DNA of 41,860 nt, from NCBI GenBank assembly GCA_050014375.1, contig JBEKDM010000001.1:1-41860 (forward strand), in the 5' to 3' direction. How positions within the stretch are numbered: the stretch's first letter is position 1; each line of letters starts with the position of its first letter. Shown piece by piece: positions 1-8,651 of the stretch. Source of the stretch: Methanomassiliicoccales archaeon (GTDB taxonomy: Archaea > Thermoplasmatota > Thermoplasmata > Methanomassiliicoccales > UBA472). Below the pieces are notes generated by a model. The model worked only from the letters and a program-made list of their open reading frames with translations. It ran no database searches and was not told where the DNA came from. The translations under genes were made by a program, and so were the position numbers.

Positions 1-7
1 TGCACTG

Positions 8-559
8 TTGCCTTTAGGAATGAGAATGGGACCGAAAGCTGAAGTGAATCCAATTTGGGCGTGCCGGGCGTTTCCAGCATTCCCTGTCGTGCTCGTGGCC
101 GTAGGGGATGGTCAAGAGGGCGGGGAAAGGAACGTCATGACCGTAGCTTTGGTCCACATGTTCTCTTTCAATCCCCCCGTGCTCGGCGTCGGGATCTCCC
201 CGTCGAGACACACCTACGCGCTCATGGACAAGTATCCCGATTTTTCCATCAACATTCCATGCAAGGAACTGGTCGAGGAGGTGCTCTATTGCGGGCAGAA
301 ATCGGGGCGGGAGGTCGACAAGTTCGAGGAGTGCGGTCTGGGATGCAGGAAGGGCACCAAGATCGATTCGCCGGTGCTCGATGAATGCATGGTCAACCTG
401 GAGCTTAAAAAGACCCAGAAGGTGGAGGCGGGAGACCATGTCTGGTTCCTTGGGGAGGTTCTTCATGCGGAAATGGAATCCTGCGCTGACCGGGACCGGG
501 CTTTGCTGTACTGGTCGGGGGAGTTCCGACTGATCGGTGACGTGATTCGACGACGTTAG
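8..559 (+). CDS. Flavin reductase-like / flavoredoxin family protein (FMN-binding split barrel), copy 1
   Basis: 183-aa ORF with PVVLVAVGD..ERNVMTVA and GDHVWFLGEV blocks typical of flavin reductase-like domains. Roughly half of aligned positions are identical by eye to the next ORF. Start is uncertain (TTG 8, ATG 20 or 26) and the frame is open to the window edge. Confidence 0.7.
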   Translation: MPLGMRMGPKAEVNPIWACRAFPAFPVVLVAVGDGQEGGERNVMTVALVHMFSFNPPVLGVGISPSRHTYALMDKYPDFSINIPCKELVEEVLYCGQKSGREVDKFEECGLGCRKGTKIDSPVLDECMVNLELKKTQKVEAGDHVWFLGEVLHAEMESCADRDRALLYWSGEFRLIGDVIRRR

Positions 560-611
560 GGCTTGATCATTCCAAACCTTTTTAGCATGACTCCTTCCAT
601 GATTATCCTCG

Positions 612-1163
612 GTGCGAACCATGGGAGCTTCTCAGGACGATAAGATCAATACCGATAACATGGCTTCAGTGCAGCTATTACCTCCGGCCCCCGTGGTCTT
701 GGTGGCGGTAGGGGACAAGGCGGGCAAAGAGCGGAACATCATAACGGTGGGGATGTTCAATCTCTTCTCGCAGAAGCCTCCGCTCTTGGGCATCGCGGTC
801 CTGACATCAAGGCAATCATACAAGTTGCTGGAAGAGTGTCCGGATTTCTCCGTGAACATCCCGGGAAAGGACCTGATCGAACAGGTGATACTTTGCGGGA
901 CAAGGTCTGGCAAGAGCGTGGACAAGTTCAAGGAGGCCGGTTTGACGGCGATCCCTGGAATGAGGATCAAGTCCCCCAAGATCGAGGAATGCCTGATCAA
1001 CATTGAGGTGAAGAAGCTCGAGTCGTTCGAGAAGGGGGACCATACCTGGTATATCGGCGAGATCGCTCATACGGACGTCACTAAGGATTATGACCGGTCG
1101 AACGCATTATTGTTCTGGGACGGGGAGTTCAGCACCTCTGGCAAAGTCATTAAGAAGTTGTAA
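612..1163 (+). CDS. Flavin reductase-like / flavoredoxin family protein, copy 2 (tandem paralog)
   Basis: 183-aa ORF with PVVLVAVGDKAGKERNIITVG and GDHTWYIGEI blocks, collinear with copy 1. Start is GTG 612 or ATG 621. Confidence 0.7.
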   Translation: MRTMGASQDDKINTDNMASVQLLPPAPVVLVAVGDKAGKERNIITVGMFNLFSQKPPLLGIAVLTSRQSYKLLEECPDFSVNIPGKDLIEQVILCGTRSGKSVDKFKEAGLTAIPGMRIKSPKIEECLINIEVKKLESFEKGDHTWYIGEIAHTDVTKDYDRSNALLFWDGEFSTSGKVIKKL

Positions 1164-1170
1164 GAAGGTG

Positions 1171-1186
1171 TTTTAAACCCATTTTT
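1171..1186 (+). terminator. T-rich tracts (TTTT, TTTTT) just after the flavin reductase copy 2 stop; candidate archaeal oligo-T terminator
   Basis: Sequence gtgTTTTaaacccaTTTTTcg begins 8 nt after the TAA at 1161-1163. Confidence 0.3.
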
Positions 1187-1449
1187 CGCATTCCTTTCGA
1201 CTTCGACCAGGGCATTCTTTCATCTTGTTTTCGATCCCTAAGAATTGACATAGCATAGATGTGTAATGACAATTCATCATTGTGTACATTTGGGTTATAA
1301 TAATCCTCTTAAGAAAATACTTACCAATATGCATTCTTCCTTGATTCCTCTCAGAAAGATCGAGAGCGATCCCGGAATGTTGCCAGTAGATCGTGGATGA
1401 CGTCACCGCCTCCAGTGTGCGACCACATCCGATCAGGATGACCGGGCAG

Positions 1450-1478
1450 CCTGCGGCCACTTCCCCAAGGGCCGCAGG
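1450..1478 (-). terminator. Perfect 9-bp GC-rich inverted repeat (CCTGCGGCC-N11-GGCCGCAGG) about 40 nt past the pheA stop; possible 3'-end hairpin of the long minus-strand operon
   Basis: Read directly: 1450-1458 is the reverse complement of 1470-1478. A second 5-bp stem (AGGAT/ATCCT) lies at 1476-1495. No oligo-T tract follows on the minus strand, so the terminator role is tentative. Confidence 0.3.
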
Positions 1479-1516
1479 ATGTTCTATGATATCCTGAGAA
1501 CCTAGCTGACGGATAC

Positions 1517-2362
1517 CTACTCTGGCAGCTTGGCCTTGGGGAATGAACCGAACACCTTCACGAACGACGCCTTGCGCACCAGGTCGATCAGGGCCTTGCT
1601 TACGTTGACGTCGTTGACGCTGCCATCGATGTCCACGTAGAACACATACTCCCAGGGGCGCTCCCTCCTTGGTCGGGACTCGAGCTTGGTGATGTTCACG
1701 CCGTGCTCGGCGAACGCACCCAGGCATTTGTATAACGCGCCGGGCACGTGCTTTGTGGTAAATGCCAACGCTGTCTTGTCGCCGGCGTTGTCGGTCTTGG
1801 GGTCCTTTTCCAGGACGAAGAACCGGGTATAGTTCTTGTTGCTGTTCTGGATGCCTTCCCGGAGCACCTTCATGCCGTAATGCTCGGCGGCCCTCTTGCT
1901 CGCCACCGCGGCCTCTTCCTTGAGCCCGCGCTGCTTGATCATGAGAACGCTGCCAGCGGTATCGAAGGAAGGGATCTTCTCCCATTCCGGATGCTCCAGC
2001 AGGAAGTTCCGTGACTGGCCCAGGGCCTGAGGGTGGCTGTACACCTTTTTGACGTCCTTGAGCTCGGCGCCAGGCTGGCCGATGAGGCAGTGCCTGATCG
2101 GCAGAAGGATCTCACCGATCACGGTCAGATCGCTTTCCAGGAGCAGGTCGTTAGCCAACGTGACGCTGCCTTCGATGCTGTTCTCCACCGGGAGTACCCC
2201 GTGAGTGGCCCTCCCCTTGTCAACCGCTTCGAACAGGTCGGTGAACTCCTGGCATGGGACCGCCTCCACCCCGTTCCCGAAATACGAGTAGACCGCGTCC
2301 TCGCTGTACGCTCCCTTCACTCCCTGGAAGGCCACCTTTGCGCCGCTGTGCCGTTCGCTCAT
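1517..2362 (-). CDS. pheA: Prephenate dehydratase (PDT domain plus C-terminal ACT domain)
   Basis: 281-aa ORF. It has a PDT-type N-terminus (VAFQGVKGAYSE, PVENSIEGSV), TRFFVL, and an ACT-type ESRP..PWEYVFYVD block. ATG 2362 lies one nt after the lysC stop. Confidence 0.9.
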   Translation of the reverse strand: MSERHSGAKVAFQGVKGAYSEDAVYSYFGNGVEAVPCQEFTDLFEAVDKGRATHGVLPVENSIEGSVTLANDLLLESDLTVIGEILLPIRHCLIGQPGAELKDVKKVYSHPQALGQSRNFLLEHPEWEKIPSFDTAGSVLMIKQRGLKEEAAVASKRAAEHYGMKVLREGIQNSNKNYTRFFVLEKDPKTDNAGDKTALAFTTKHVPGALYKCLGAFAEHGVNITKLESRPRRERPWEYVFYVDIDGSVNDVNVSKALIDLVRKASFVKVFGSFPKAKLPE

Positions 2363-2363
2363 T

Positions 2364-3731
2364 TCAACACCCGAAGAACTCCTTGTGTATGGCCTTGGTG
2401 GCGAGCTCGAGGTCGTCCTTCTTGACCGTGAAGTGATAGGCGACGAGGGAAGCGCCGGCCGATATCAGACCGATATTGATGCCCTCCGCGGCGACGGCGT
2501 TGAACGCCCTGGAAGCGATCCCTCTCGTATAGCCGATGCCCTCTCCCACAAGGCAGACCAATGCGATGTCCTCGGAGGTCTCGATCCGGGCGATCCCCGA
2601 CTGCTTCTCCGATTCCAAGGCCATCTTTGCCGCCCCCAGGTCCTTCCTGTCTACCAGCATGGCGACGCAGGTCAGGGACGTGGCGACCGAGAGGATGTTC
2701 ACATCCGCTTCATTGAGCAGGCGACCGAGCTGGGACAGGAACCCGGAACGATAACCGGTGTCCTCGGCGAAGATCTTGACCATGCCCAGGTTCTTCATGC
2801 AGGAGATCGACTTGATGACAGTAACGTCCTCCGGTGTGCTCTTGGAGACCGACGTCCCCGGGAGGTCCGGCCGGTACACGTTCTTGAGCTTGATGATGAT
2901 GTCCTTGGCCCGCGCCGGCACCACGGTCATGGGGTGAAGGACCTTGGCACCGAAATAGGCCAGCTCCGCCGCTTCTTCGTAGGAGAGCTGTGGTATCGGG
3001 ATCGCCCGGGGCACGATCTTCGGGTCCACCGACATGAACCCGTCCACGTCCTTCCAGATCTCCAGGGTGTCCGCGTCGATGGCGTTGGCGATGGCGGCGG
3101 CCGAGTAGTCCGAACCGTTGCGGCCGAACACAGTGACCGAGCCGTCCGGAGCCTTCCCAAAGAAGCCGGTGACCACCGGGACCTGGTGTGATCCGAACAT
3201 GACCATGATCCGGTCCTTTATGTTCTCCTGGGTCTTCTCCAGGTCAGCTTTTGCTGACCCGTAGACGCCATCGGTGATGATGCCAAGTTCGTCCGCGTCC
3301 ATCGGGACAGCGTCGACGCCGCGGTCGCGCAGCATCGCGGAAACGACGATGGCTGATAGCCTCTCCCCATAGCACTGGACGAAGTCCTTGGTCCGGGGGG
3401 TCACTTCCTCCAGGTAGGATATGCCATACAGCATCCGCTCCAGCTTGACCAGCTTCCCGTTGATCCGGCCGATGGCGTCGTCCCGGTGATGCCTGTCCGA
3501 AACCGCGTCAGAGATCAGCTTGAAATGCAGATCCTTCAGTTTCTGTATGAAACCAATGACCTCGTTCTCGCTCTTGGTCTGGGCGATGAACTGGAGGAGC
3601 GATTCGGTGATGCCGCTGACGGCCGAGACGACGATGACCTTGTCCTCTTTCTCCGAGGCGATGATCTCGCCGATCCGGAGCATCGATTCGCCGGTGGTGA
3701 GTGAGCTCCCGCCGAACTTCATGACCTTCAA
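2364..3731 (-). CDS. lysC: Aspartate kinase with C-terminal ACT repeats
   Basis: 455-aa ORF with amino-acid-kinase N-terminus MKFGGSS, a GRNGSDYSAA-type block, and two ACT-like repeats at the C-terminus. Start is TTG 3731 (TTGA overlap with the PHP gene stop) or ATG 3722. Confidence 0.9.
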   Translation of the reverse strand: MKVMKFGGSSLTTGESMLRIGEIIASEKEDKVIVVSAVSGITESLLQFIAQTKSENEVIGFIQKLKDLHFKLISDAVSDRHHRDDAIGRINGKLVKLERMLYGISYLEEVTPRTKDFVQCYGERLSAIVVSAMLRDRGVDAVPMDADELGIITDGVYGSAKADLEKTQENIKDRIMVMFGSHQVPVVTGFFGKAPDGSVTVFGRNGSDYSAAAIANAIDADTLEIWKDVDGFMSVDPKIVPRAIPIPQLSYEEAAELAYFGAKVLHPMTVVPARAKDIIIKLKNVYRPDLPGTSVSKSTPEDVTVIKSISCMKNLGMVKIFAEDTGYRSGFLSQLGRLLNEADVNILSVATSLTCVAMLVDRKDLGAAKMALESEKQSGIARIETSEDIALVCLVGEGIGYTRGIASRAFNAVAAEGINIGLISAGASLVAYHFTVKKDDLELATKAIHKEFFGC

Positions 3732-4387
3732 TACTGGCTCCTCCTCTTGACTATCTCTTCCATCGTCTCGTAGCAGGCACGGTGTGCCTCCTCATCGGTG
3801 AGACCGGCCGCCCTGGCTATGATCATCGCCGTCTGTTCGTCGATAATGTCACCGGGCGAGTGGGTATCCGAGTCCAGAACCATCTTGGCACCGACCTGGC
3901 GGGCAATTCTGGCCACATGGCCGTTGGTCTTGTTGTGCGACGAGCGTGAGGTTATCTCGAGCGCGACACCGTTCTTCTTGGCCAGTTCAGCCTCCTCGAC
4001 GGTGATGAAGCCCGGATGGGCCAGGATGTCGATCTCCGGATTGCTGACCGCGGCCAGGTTGGTGCCCTTCTCCACCGGCTCCGAGATGGTCTCACCATGG
4101 ATCACTATGATCTGGGCCCCATGCTGGCGCGCCTTCGAGACGACCATATCGATCTTTTTGGCCGGGACGTGGGTTATCTCCACGCCGTTCAGGACCTCCA
4201 GGTTCCACTCCTTCGCCAAGGGGATGTCCTTCGAAGCCTCGTCCAGCACCCGGTCCAGCGTCGACAGCGCGACATGGTCGGTGAAGGCTATGGCCTTGTG
4301 CCCCTTTACGGCGCATCTCCTAGCAAGCTCTATTGGCAACAGCTCTCCGTCCGAGAGCAGTGTGTGCATATGCAGGTCTATTCTCAT
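3728..4387 (-). CDS. PHP-domain metal-dependent phosphoesterase; candidate histidinol-phosphate phosphatase
   Basis: 219-aa ORF with PHP metal-ligand pattern IDLHMHT, FTDH, VIHGE, LAHPG, DSDTH. ATGA/TTGA overlaps on both sides place it inside the his block. The specific function is inferred from context only. Confidence 0.6.
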   Translation of the reverse strand: MRIDLHMHTLLSDGELLPIELARRCAVKGHKAIAFTDHVALSTLDRVLDEASKDIPLAKEWNLEVLNGVEITHVPAKKIDMVVSKARQHGAQIIVIHGETISEPVEKGTNLAAVSNPEIDILAHPGFITVEEAELAKKNGVALEITSRSSHNKTNGHVARIARQVGAKMVLDSDTHSPGDIIDEQTAMIIARAAGLTDEEAHRACYETMEEIVKRRSQY

Positions 4388-4995
4388 TTTTTGTTCCCCC
4401 TGCGTTCCGCCAACATCCGATAGACGTCGGCCGGCGACTGGTCCGCCGCTTCCAGCACCACCATCAGGTGGTATATCAGGTCAGAGACCTCCCAGGCCTG
4501 TGCCTTCTGGTCATGACCCTTGAACGCTAGTATGACCTCCCCCGCTTCCTCAACGACCTTCTTCAGGCGCTTGTCCTCGTCGGCAATCAGTTTGCTCGTG
4601 TATGAGTCCGGGTTCGGCTCCAGCTTGCGCTCGGCGATGACCCGCTTCAGTTCCGGAATGACGTTCATGGTCCCGGCCAGGTCCCCGTAGAGCACCTCCT
4701 CGAAACAGGACGGTCGGTCCAGATGGCAGGCCACCCCTTCCTGCTCCACCCTCACCAGCAAAGTGTCGGCATCGCAGTCCAGCTGGATGGCCACGATCTT
4801 CTGCACGTGACCTGATGTCTCTCCCTTCTTCCACAGCTTCTGCCGGGATCGGGACCAGAAGTGCGTGTAGCCGGTGCTCAGCATCAGGTCGTACGCTTCC
4901 TGGTTCGCGTAGGCAAGCATAAGCACCTCATTGGTATAGGCATCCTGGACAACCACCGGGATAAGCCCTTCAGAGTTGAATTTGAATTCCGTCAT
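4384..4995 (-). CDS. hisIE: Bifunctional phosphoribosyl-AMP cyclohydrolase / phosphoribosyl-ATP pyrophosphatase
   Basis: 203-aa ORF. The HisI half shows [18 protein letters not shown] and CDADTLL. The HisE-type helical C-terminal half shows YTSKL..EE..E. ATGA overlaps on both sides. Confidence 0.9.
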   Translation of the reverse strand: MTEFKFNSEGLIPVVVQDAYTNEVLMLAYANQEAYDLMLSTGYTHFWSRSRQKLWKKGETSGHVQKIVAIQLDCDADTLLVRVEQEGVACHLDRPSCFEEVLYGDLAGTMNVIPELKRVIAERKLEPNPDSYTSKLIADEDKRLKKVVEEAGEVILAFKGHDQKAQAWEVSDLIYHLMVVLEAADQSPADVYRMLAERRGNKK

Positions 4996-5717
4996 CTTAC
5001 CGGCACCCCCCGCTTGTGCAGGTACGACTTGACCTGACCGACGGTGAGCTCGTTATAGTGGAATATCGACGCCGCCAACGCCGCTTCCGCTTTGGTCTTG
5101 GTCAGCACATCATAGATGTGTTCCACGTTGCCGCAGCCTCCCGAGGCGATCACCGGTATGTTGACGTTGCGGGCCACGGCATCGGTCAGCTCCAGATCAT
5201 AACCGTCCTTGGTGCCGTCCGCGTCCATGCTGGTCAGGAGGATCTCCCCTGCCCCGAGCTCCTGCGCCCGCACCGCCCATTCGACCGCATCCAGTCCGAC
5301 ATCCTTCCGGCCGCCGTGCGTATACACGTTCCACGAGTTGCCCGTTCTCTTGGCGTCGATGGCCACGACCACGCACTGCGAGCCGAAATCCTCGGCGCAC
5401 TGGGTGATGATCTCCGGCTGCTGGACAGCGATCGTGTTGATCGACACCTTGTCCGCCCCGGCGTTGAGCGCCGACCGCATGTCCTCCCGGCTGCGGACGC
5501 CGCCTCCGACCGTGAGCGGAACGAATAGCTGGTTCGCCGTTCTCTCCACGACGTCAAGCAGGGTCTTGCGGCCTTCATGCGAGGCGGAGATGTCTAGGAA
5601 CACGATCTCGTCCGCCCCCTGCCCTTCGTAGTTGGAGGCCATGTCCGGCGGTGAACCAACGCCCTGGAGGTTGAGGAACTTGACCCCTTTCACGACGTTC
5701 CCGTCCTTCACGTCCAA
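4992..5717 (-). CDS. hisF: Imidazole glycerol phosphate synthase cyclase subunit
   Basis: Motifs [19 protein letters not shown] and ASGG.G. The ORF track starts at TTG 5717, but the conserved N-terminus LTKRIIPCL continues in frame upstream with no ATG/GTG/TTG. The real start is probably near 5744 (CTG, one nt after the hisB stop). Confidence 0.9.
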   Translation of the reverse strand: MDVKDGNVVKGVKFLNLQGVGSPPDMASNYEGQGADEIVFLDISASHEGRKTLLDVVERTANQLFVPLTVGGGVRSREDMRSALNAGADKVSINTIAVQQPEIITQCAEDFGSQCVVVAIDAKRTGNSWNVYTHGGRKDVGLDAVEWAVRAQELGAGEILLTSMDADGTKDGYDLELTDAVARNVNIPVIASGGCGNVEHIYDVLTKTKAEAALAASIFHYNELTVGQVKSYLHKRGVPVR

Positions 5718-5745
5718 ACAAGGGATGATGCGCTTCGTGAGCAGC

Positions 5746-6300
5746 TCAACCCCTCCGTACCTTGGGCTTCTCCTTGGTGGACAGGACCGTCTCTCTCTTC
5801 GTCGCGGCCCGCCTCAATGCAGTGCCCAGCGCCTTGAACGTCGCCTCGACCATGTGGTGATCATCGAAACCCCTCTTGATGATGACATGCAACGTGATGC
5901 CCGACGACATCGCGAACGAGCGCAGGAAGTGGTGGTACAGCACGTCCGGGCAATCGATCTCGGCGTAAGGCCGGTCGACGATATCCAGATCGACCTCGAC
6001 CAGAGCGTCGTCCATGGGAACGATGGCTGAGGCGATCCGTTCCACCGGTGCATCCCCTAGGGCCTCGCGCAAGGCCGAGCCGAGAACGATGGCCACATCC
6101 TCCACCAGGTGGTGGTCGTTATCGCCCTTGGCGGCCACGTCGATATCGAACGATGAGTACCTGGCAAAGGTCTCCAGCATGTGCCTCAGGAACTGCTCGT
6201 CACAACGGACAGAGGCCTTTCCCGTGCCGTCTATGTTCAGCTCTAACGAGACATCGGTCTCCTTCGTCTGCCGATTCAGCTTCGCCGTCCTTGCCGCCAT
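5746..6300 (-). CDS. hisB: Imidazoleglycerol-phosphate dehydratase
   Basis: Motifs [26 protein letters not shown] and [11 protein letters not shown] chose ATG 6300 (one nt after the hisA stop) over ATG 6321, which would overlap hisA. Confidence 0.9.
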   Translation of the reverse strand: MAARTAKLNRQTKETDVSLELNIDGTGKASVRCDEQFLRHMLETFARYSSFDIDVAAKGDNDHHLVEDVAIVLGSALREALGDAPVERIASAIVPMDDALVEVDLDIVDRPYAEIDCPDVLYHHFLRSFAMSSGITLHVIIKRGFDDHHMVEATFKALGTALRRAATKRETVLSTKEKPKVRRG

Positions 6301-6301
6301 T

Positions 6302-7006
6302 TCAACGCCTCCAAACATCAATAGGATTCAATTTCCCGGTATAAAGCGCTAATCCGACCACCGCCGACCTGACCCCGATCCGTTCTAGCTCGGCCAGGTC
6401 GTTCATGCCGGTTATGCCTCCGGAGGCGATGACGTCATGAGGGCACGAGGAGACGAACGATTCGACCTCGTCCACGTTGATACCCTGGACCTTGCCCTCC
6501 ACGTCCACATCCGTGTGCAGGACGGCGGCCAATGGAATGTCCTGTATCCGCCGGAACATGTCCTCGTGGGAGATACCGGCCGATTCCTGCCATCCCTTGA
6601 CCGTGATCTTTCCCCCCTTGACGTCGAGCGCCAGGACGATCCTCTTCGGGTTCTGGCCCGCCAATTCGCGCAACCACTCCGGTTCCCTGATCGCCTTGGT
6701 GCCGACGACCACCTGCTTCGCGCCGGCGTCCAGAAGGTACTCGGCGACCTCGATCGACCGTATCCCGCCGCCAACCTCGACCGGTACATCGCACTCGGCG
6801 ATGATGCGTCGGATGTTCGCTATATTGTTGCCCCTGGCAAAGGCGCCGTCCAGGTCGACAACATGCAGCATAGGTGCTCCCTTCGAGACCCAATCCTGGG
6901 CAACATCGACGGGGTTCGGCAGCAGGACCTGCTCGGTGCCGGGAACGCCGCCCACCAGCTGCACCACGTTGTGGTCCAGGATGTCGACGGCGGGCATGAC
7001 CATCAT
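6302..7006 (-). CDS. hisA: ProFAR isomerase (1-(5-phosphoribosyl)-5-[(5-phosphoribosylamino)methylideneamino]imidazole-4-carboxamide isomerase)
   Basis: 234-aa ORF with PAVDI, VVDLDGA, EVGGGIRS and ASGGI blocks. ATGA overlap with the hisH stop. Confidence 0.9.
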   Translation of the reverse strand: MMVMPAVDILDHNVVQLVGGVPGTEQVLLPNPVDVAQDWVSKGAPMLHVVDLDGAFARGNNIANIRRIIAECDVPVEVGGGIRSIEVAEYLLDAGAKQVVVGTKAIREPEWLRELAGQNPKRIVLALDVKGGKITVKGWQESAGISHEDMFRRIQDIPLAAVLHTDVDVEGKVQGINVDEVESFVSSCPHDVIASGGITGMNDLAELERIGVRSAVVGLALYTGKLNPIDVWRR

Positions 7007-7599
7007 TTACAGCCCTCCGCGAAGCGAACGAAGTTACGCAGGAACATGAGGCCGTTCGACGAGCTCTTCTCCGGGTGGAACTGGACGCCGTAGGTGTTCC
7101 CTTTGCGGAAGACCGTCGGGAACCGGCCGTAATAGTCCGTCGTACCGACCACGATGTCTTCCAGTGCTTTGCCGTAGAACGAATGTGCGAAGTAAAAATA
7201 GGGTGAGGATATCGATTCGAAAAGCTTGTCCTGGCAGTCGACCGAGTTCCATCCCATGTGCGGCACGCGGTCTGCCTTCAGGCGAACGACCCGGCCTTTC
7301 ATGAACCCCAATCCCGGGCCTTCCCCTTCCTCGCTGCTCTCGAAGAGGATCTGGGAACCGATGCATATGCCCAGGCACGGCTTCCCGTTCTCCAGCTCCT
7401 TCAGGATCTCGGCCCGGAACGGCTGGAGCCGTTCCATGGTCTTGGTGAAGGCGCCAACGCCGGGCAGTACGATGCATTCTGCATCCAGCAGGGCAGCCGG
7501 GTCCTTCTCGACGTAGGCCTCGGCTCCGCAGTTCTCCAGCGCCTTGCGGATACTGTGCAGGTTGCCCACCCCGTAGTCGGCGATGACGAGCCTTACCAT
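7003..7599 (-). CDS. hisH: Imidazole glycerol phosphate synthase glutamine amidotransferase subunit
   Basis: 198-aa ORF with class I GATase motifs LPGVGAF, CLGICIGSQ and GVQFHPEKS. Confidence 0.9.
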   Translation of the reverse strand: MVRLVIADYGVGNLHSIRKALENCGAEAYVEKDPAALLDAECIVLPGVGAFTKTMERLQPFRAEILKELENGKPCLGICIGSQILFESSEEGEGPGLGFMKGRVVRLKADRVPHMGWNSVDCQDKLFESISSPYFYFAHSFYGKALEDIVVGTTDYYGRFPTVFRKGNTYGVQFHPEKSSSNGLMFLRNFVRFAEGCK

Positions 7600-8642
7600 T
7601 CCCTCACGACCTCACTAAGCTTGTTCAGGAGTTCGTCGTTCATCTCTCTGGTACCGATGGTGGTGCGGACGCAGTTCTCCAACCGGCGGAGCCTGCCGAA
7701 GTCCCTTATCAGGACGTCCTTCTCGGCCAAACGTGAGACGAGCTGGGCCGAGACCTTGGGTGAGCGGAACAGGATGAAGTTCGCCTCCGAAGGGAAGACG
7801 TGGAAACCCAGCCGGGTCAATCCATCGGCCAAATGCTTCCTTTCCCGGTTCACTGTCTCGACGCTCTGCTTTACGTATCTTTGGTCCTTCAGCGCCGCGA
7901 TGGCCACCTGCTCAGAGACACGGTTCAAGGAGTAAGGGATCTTGACCGTCTGCATCACGTTGGCCATATCCAGGTTGGAAGCCATGTAGCCGATGCGCAT
8001 TCCCGCCAGCCCATAGGCCTTGCTGAAGGTGCGGGTCACGATCAGGTTCTCGTACTTGTCAACGAGCGGCATGAAAGACTCGCCCGCAAATTCTCCGTAG
8101 GCTTCGTCCACGACGACCGGGCGATCGCATCCTTCGACCACTGCCTTGACATCCTCCTTGCGGAACAGGTTGGATGTCGGGTTGTTCGGGGTGCAGATGA
8201 TGACCATCTTCCCCTTCGCCGAGTTGATGCCTTCGACGTCTAGCTGGAAGTCATCATCCAGATCGATCTGGGTGACCTTGCCGCCGTTGATCTTCACGAA
8301 GAACCCGTGCAGCGAATAGGCCGGGTAGGCGGTGATGACCGTCTCGCCCGGCTCCATGAAGGTCTTGAACAGTATGTCCAGCATCTCGTCGGAACCGTTC
8401 CCGACAATGAAGTTGTCCCTCGCCAGGCCATAGAAATTGGCCAGTTCCTCGCGTAGGCCATCGGAATAGGTCGACGGATACTGGTCCAGGTCCATGCCGG
8501 CACATTCCGTGATGGCCTTGGTGGCGGCGGGGTTGCATCCGAGCGGGTTGGTGCTGGTATCCATCCTCAGCTTGCCTTCGACCTTGGGGTTGTAATAGGT
8601 CGTCATTCCCCTGGCGGTGCTCCTGATCCATTCCTTGTTCAT
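7593..8642 (-). CDS. hisC: Histidinol-phosphate aminotransferase
   Basis: 349-aa ORF with TPNNPTSN and PLP-lysine context TFSKAYGLAGMRIGY. Its 3' end overlaps the hisH start by 7 nt. Confidence 0.9.
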   Translation of the reverse strand: MNKEWIRSTARGMTTYYNPKVEGKLRMDTSTNPLGCNPAATKAITECAGMDLDQYPSTYSDGLREELANFYGLARDNFIVGNGSDEMLDILFKTFMEPGETVITAYPAYSLHGFFVKINGGKVTQIDLDDDFQLDVEGINSAKGKMVIICTPNNPTSNLFRKEDVKAVVEGCDRPVVVDEAYGEFAGESFMPLVDKYENLIVTRTFSKAYGLAGMRIGYMASNLDMANVMQTVKIPYSLNRVSEQVAIAALKDQRYVKQSVETVNRERKHLADGLTRLGFHVFPSEANFILFRSPKVSAQLVSRLAEKDVLIRDFGRLRRLENCVRTTIGTREMNDELLNKLSEVVREW

Positions 8643-8651
8643 GCCATCGCC

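Noticed and set aside
1173-1985. 270-aa minus-strand ORF overlapping the 3' half of pheA in another frame
   Set aside because: The translation is Arg/Gln/Gly-rich nonsense over the pheA portion. Only its tail (1340-1515) is discussed, as a possible remnant, in the findings.
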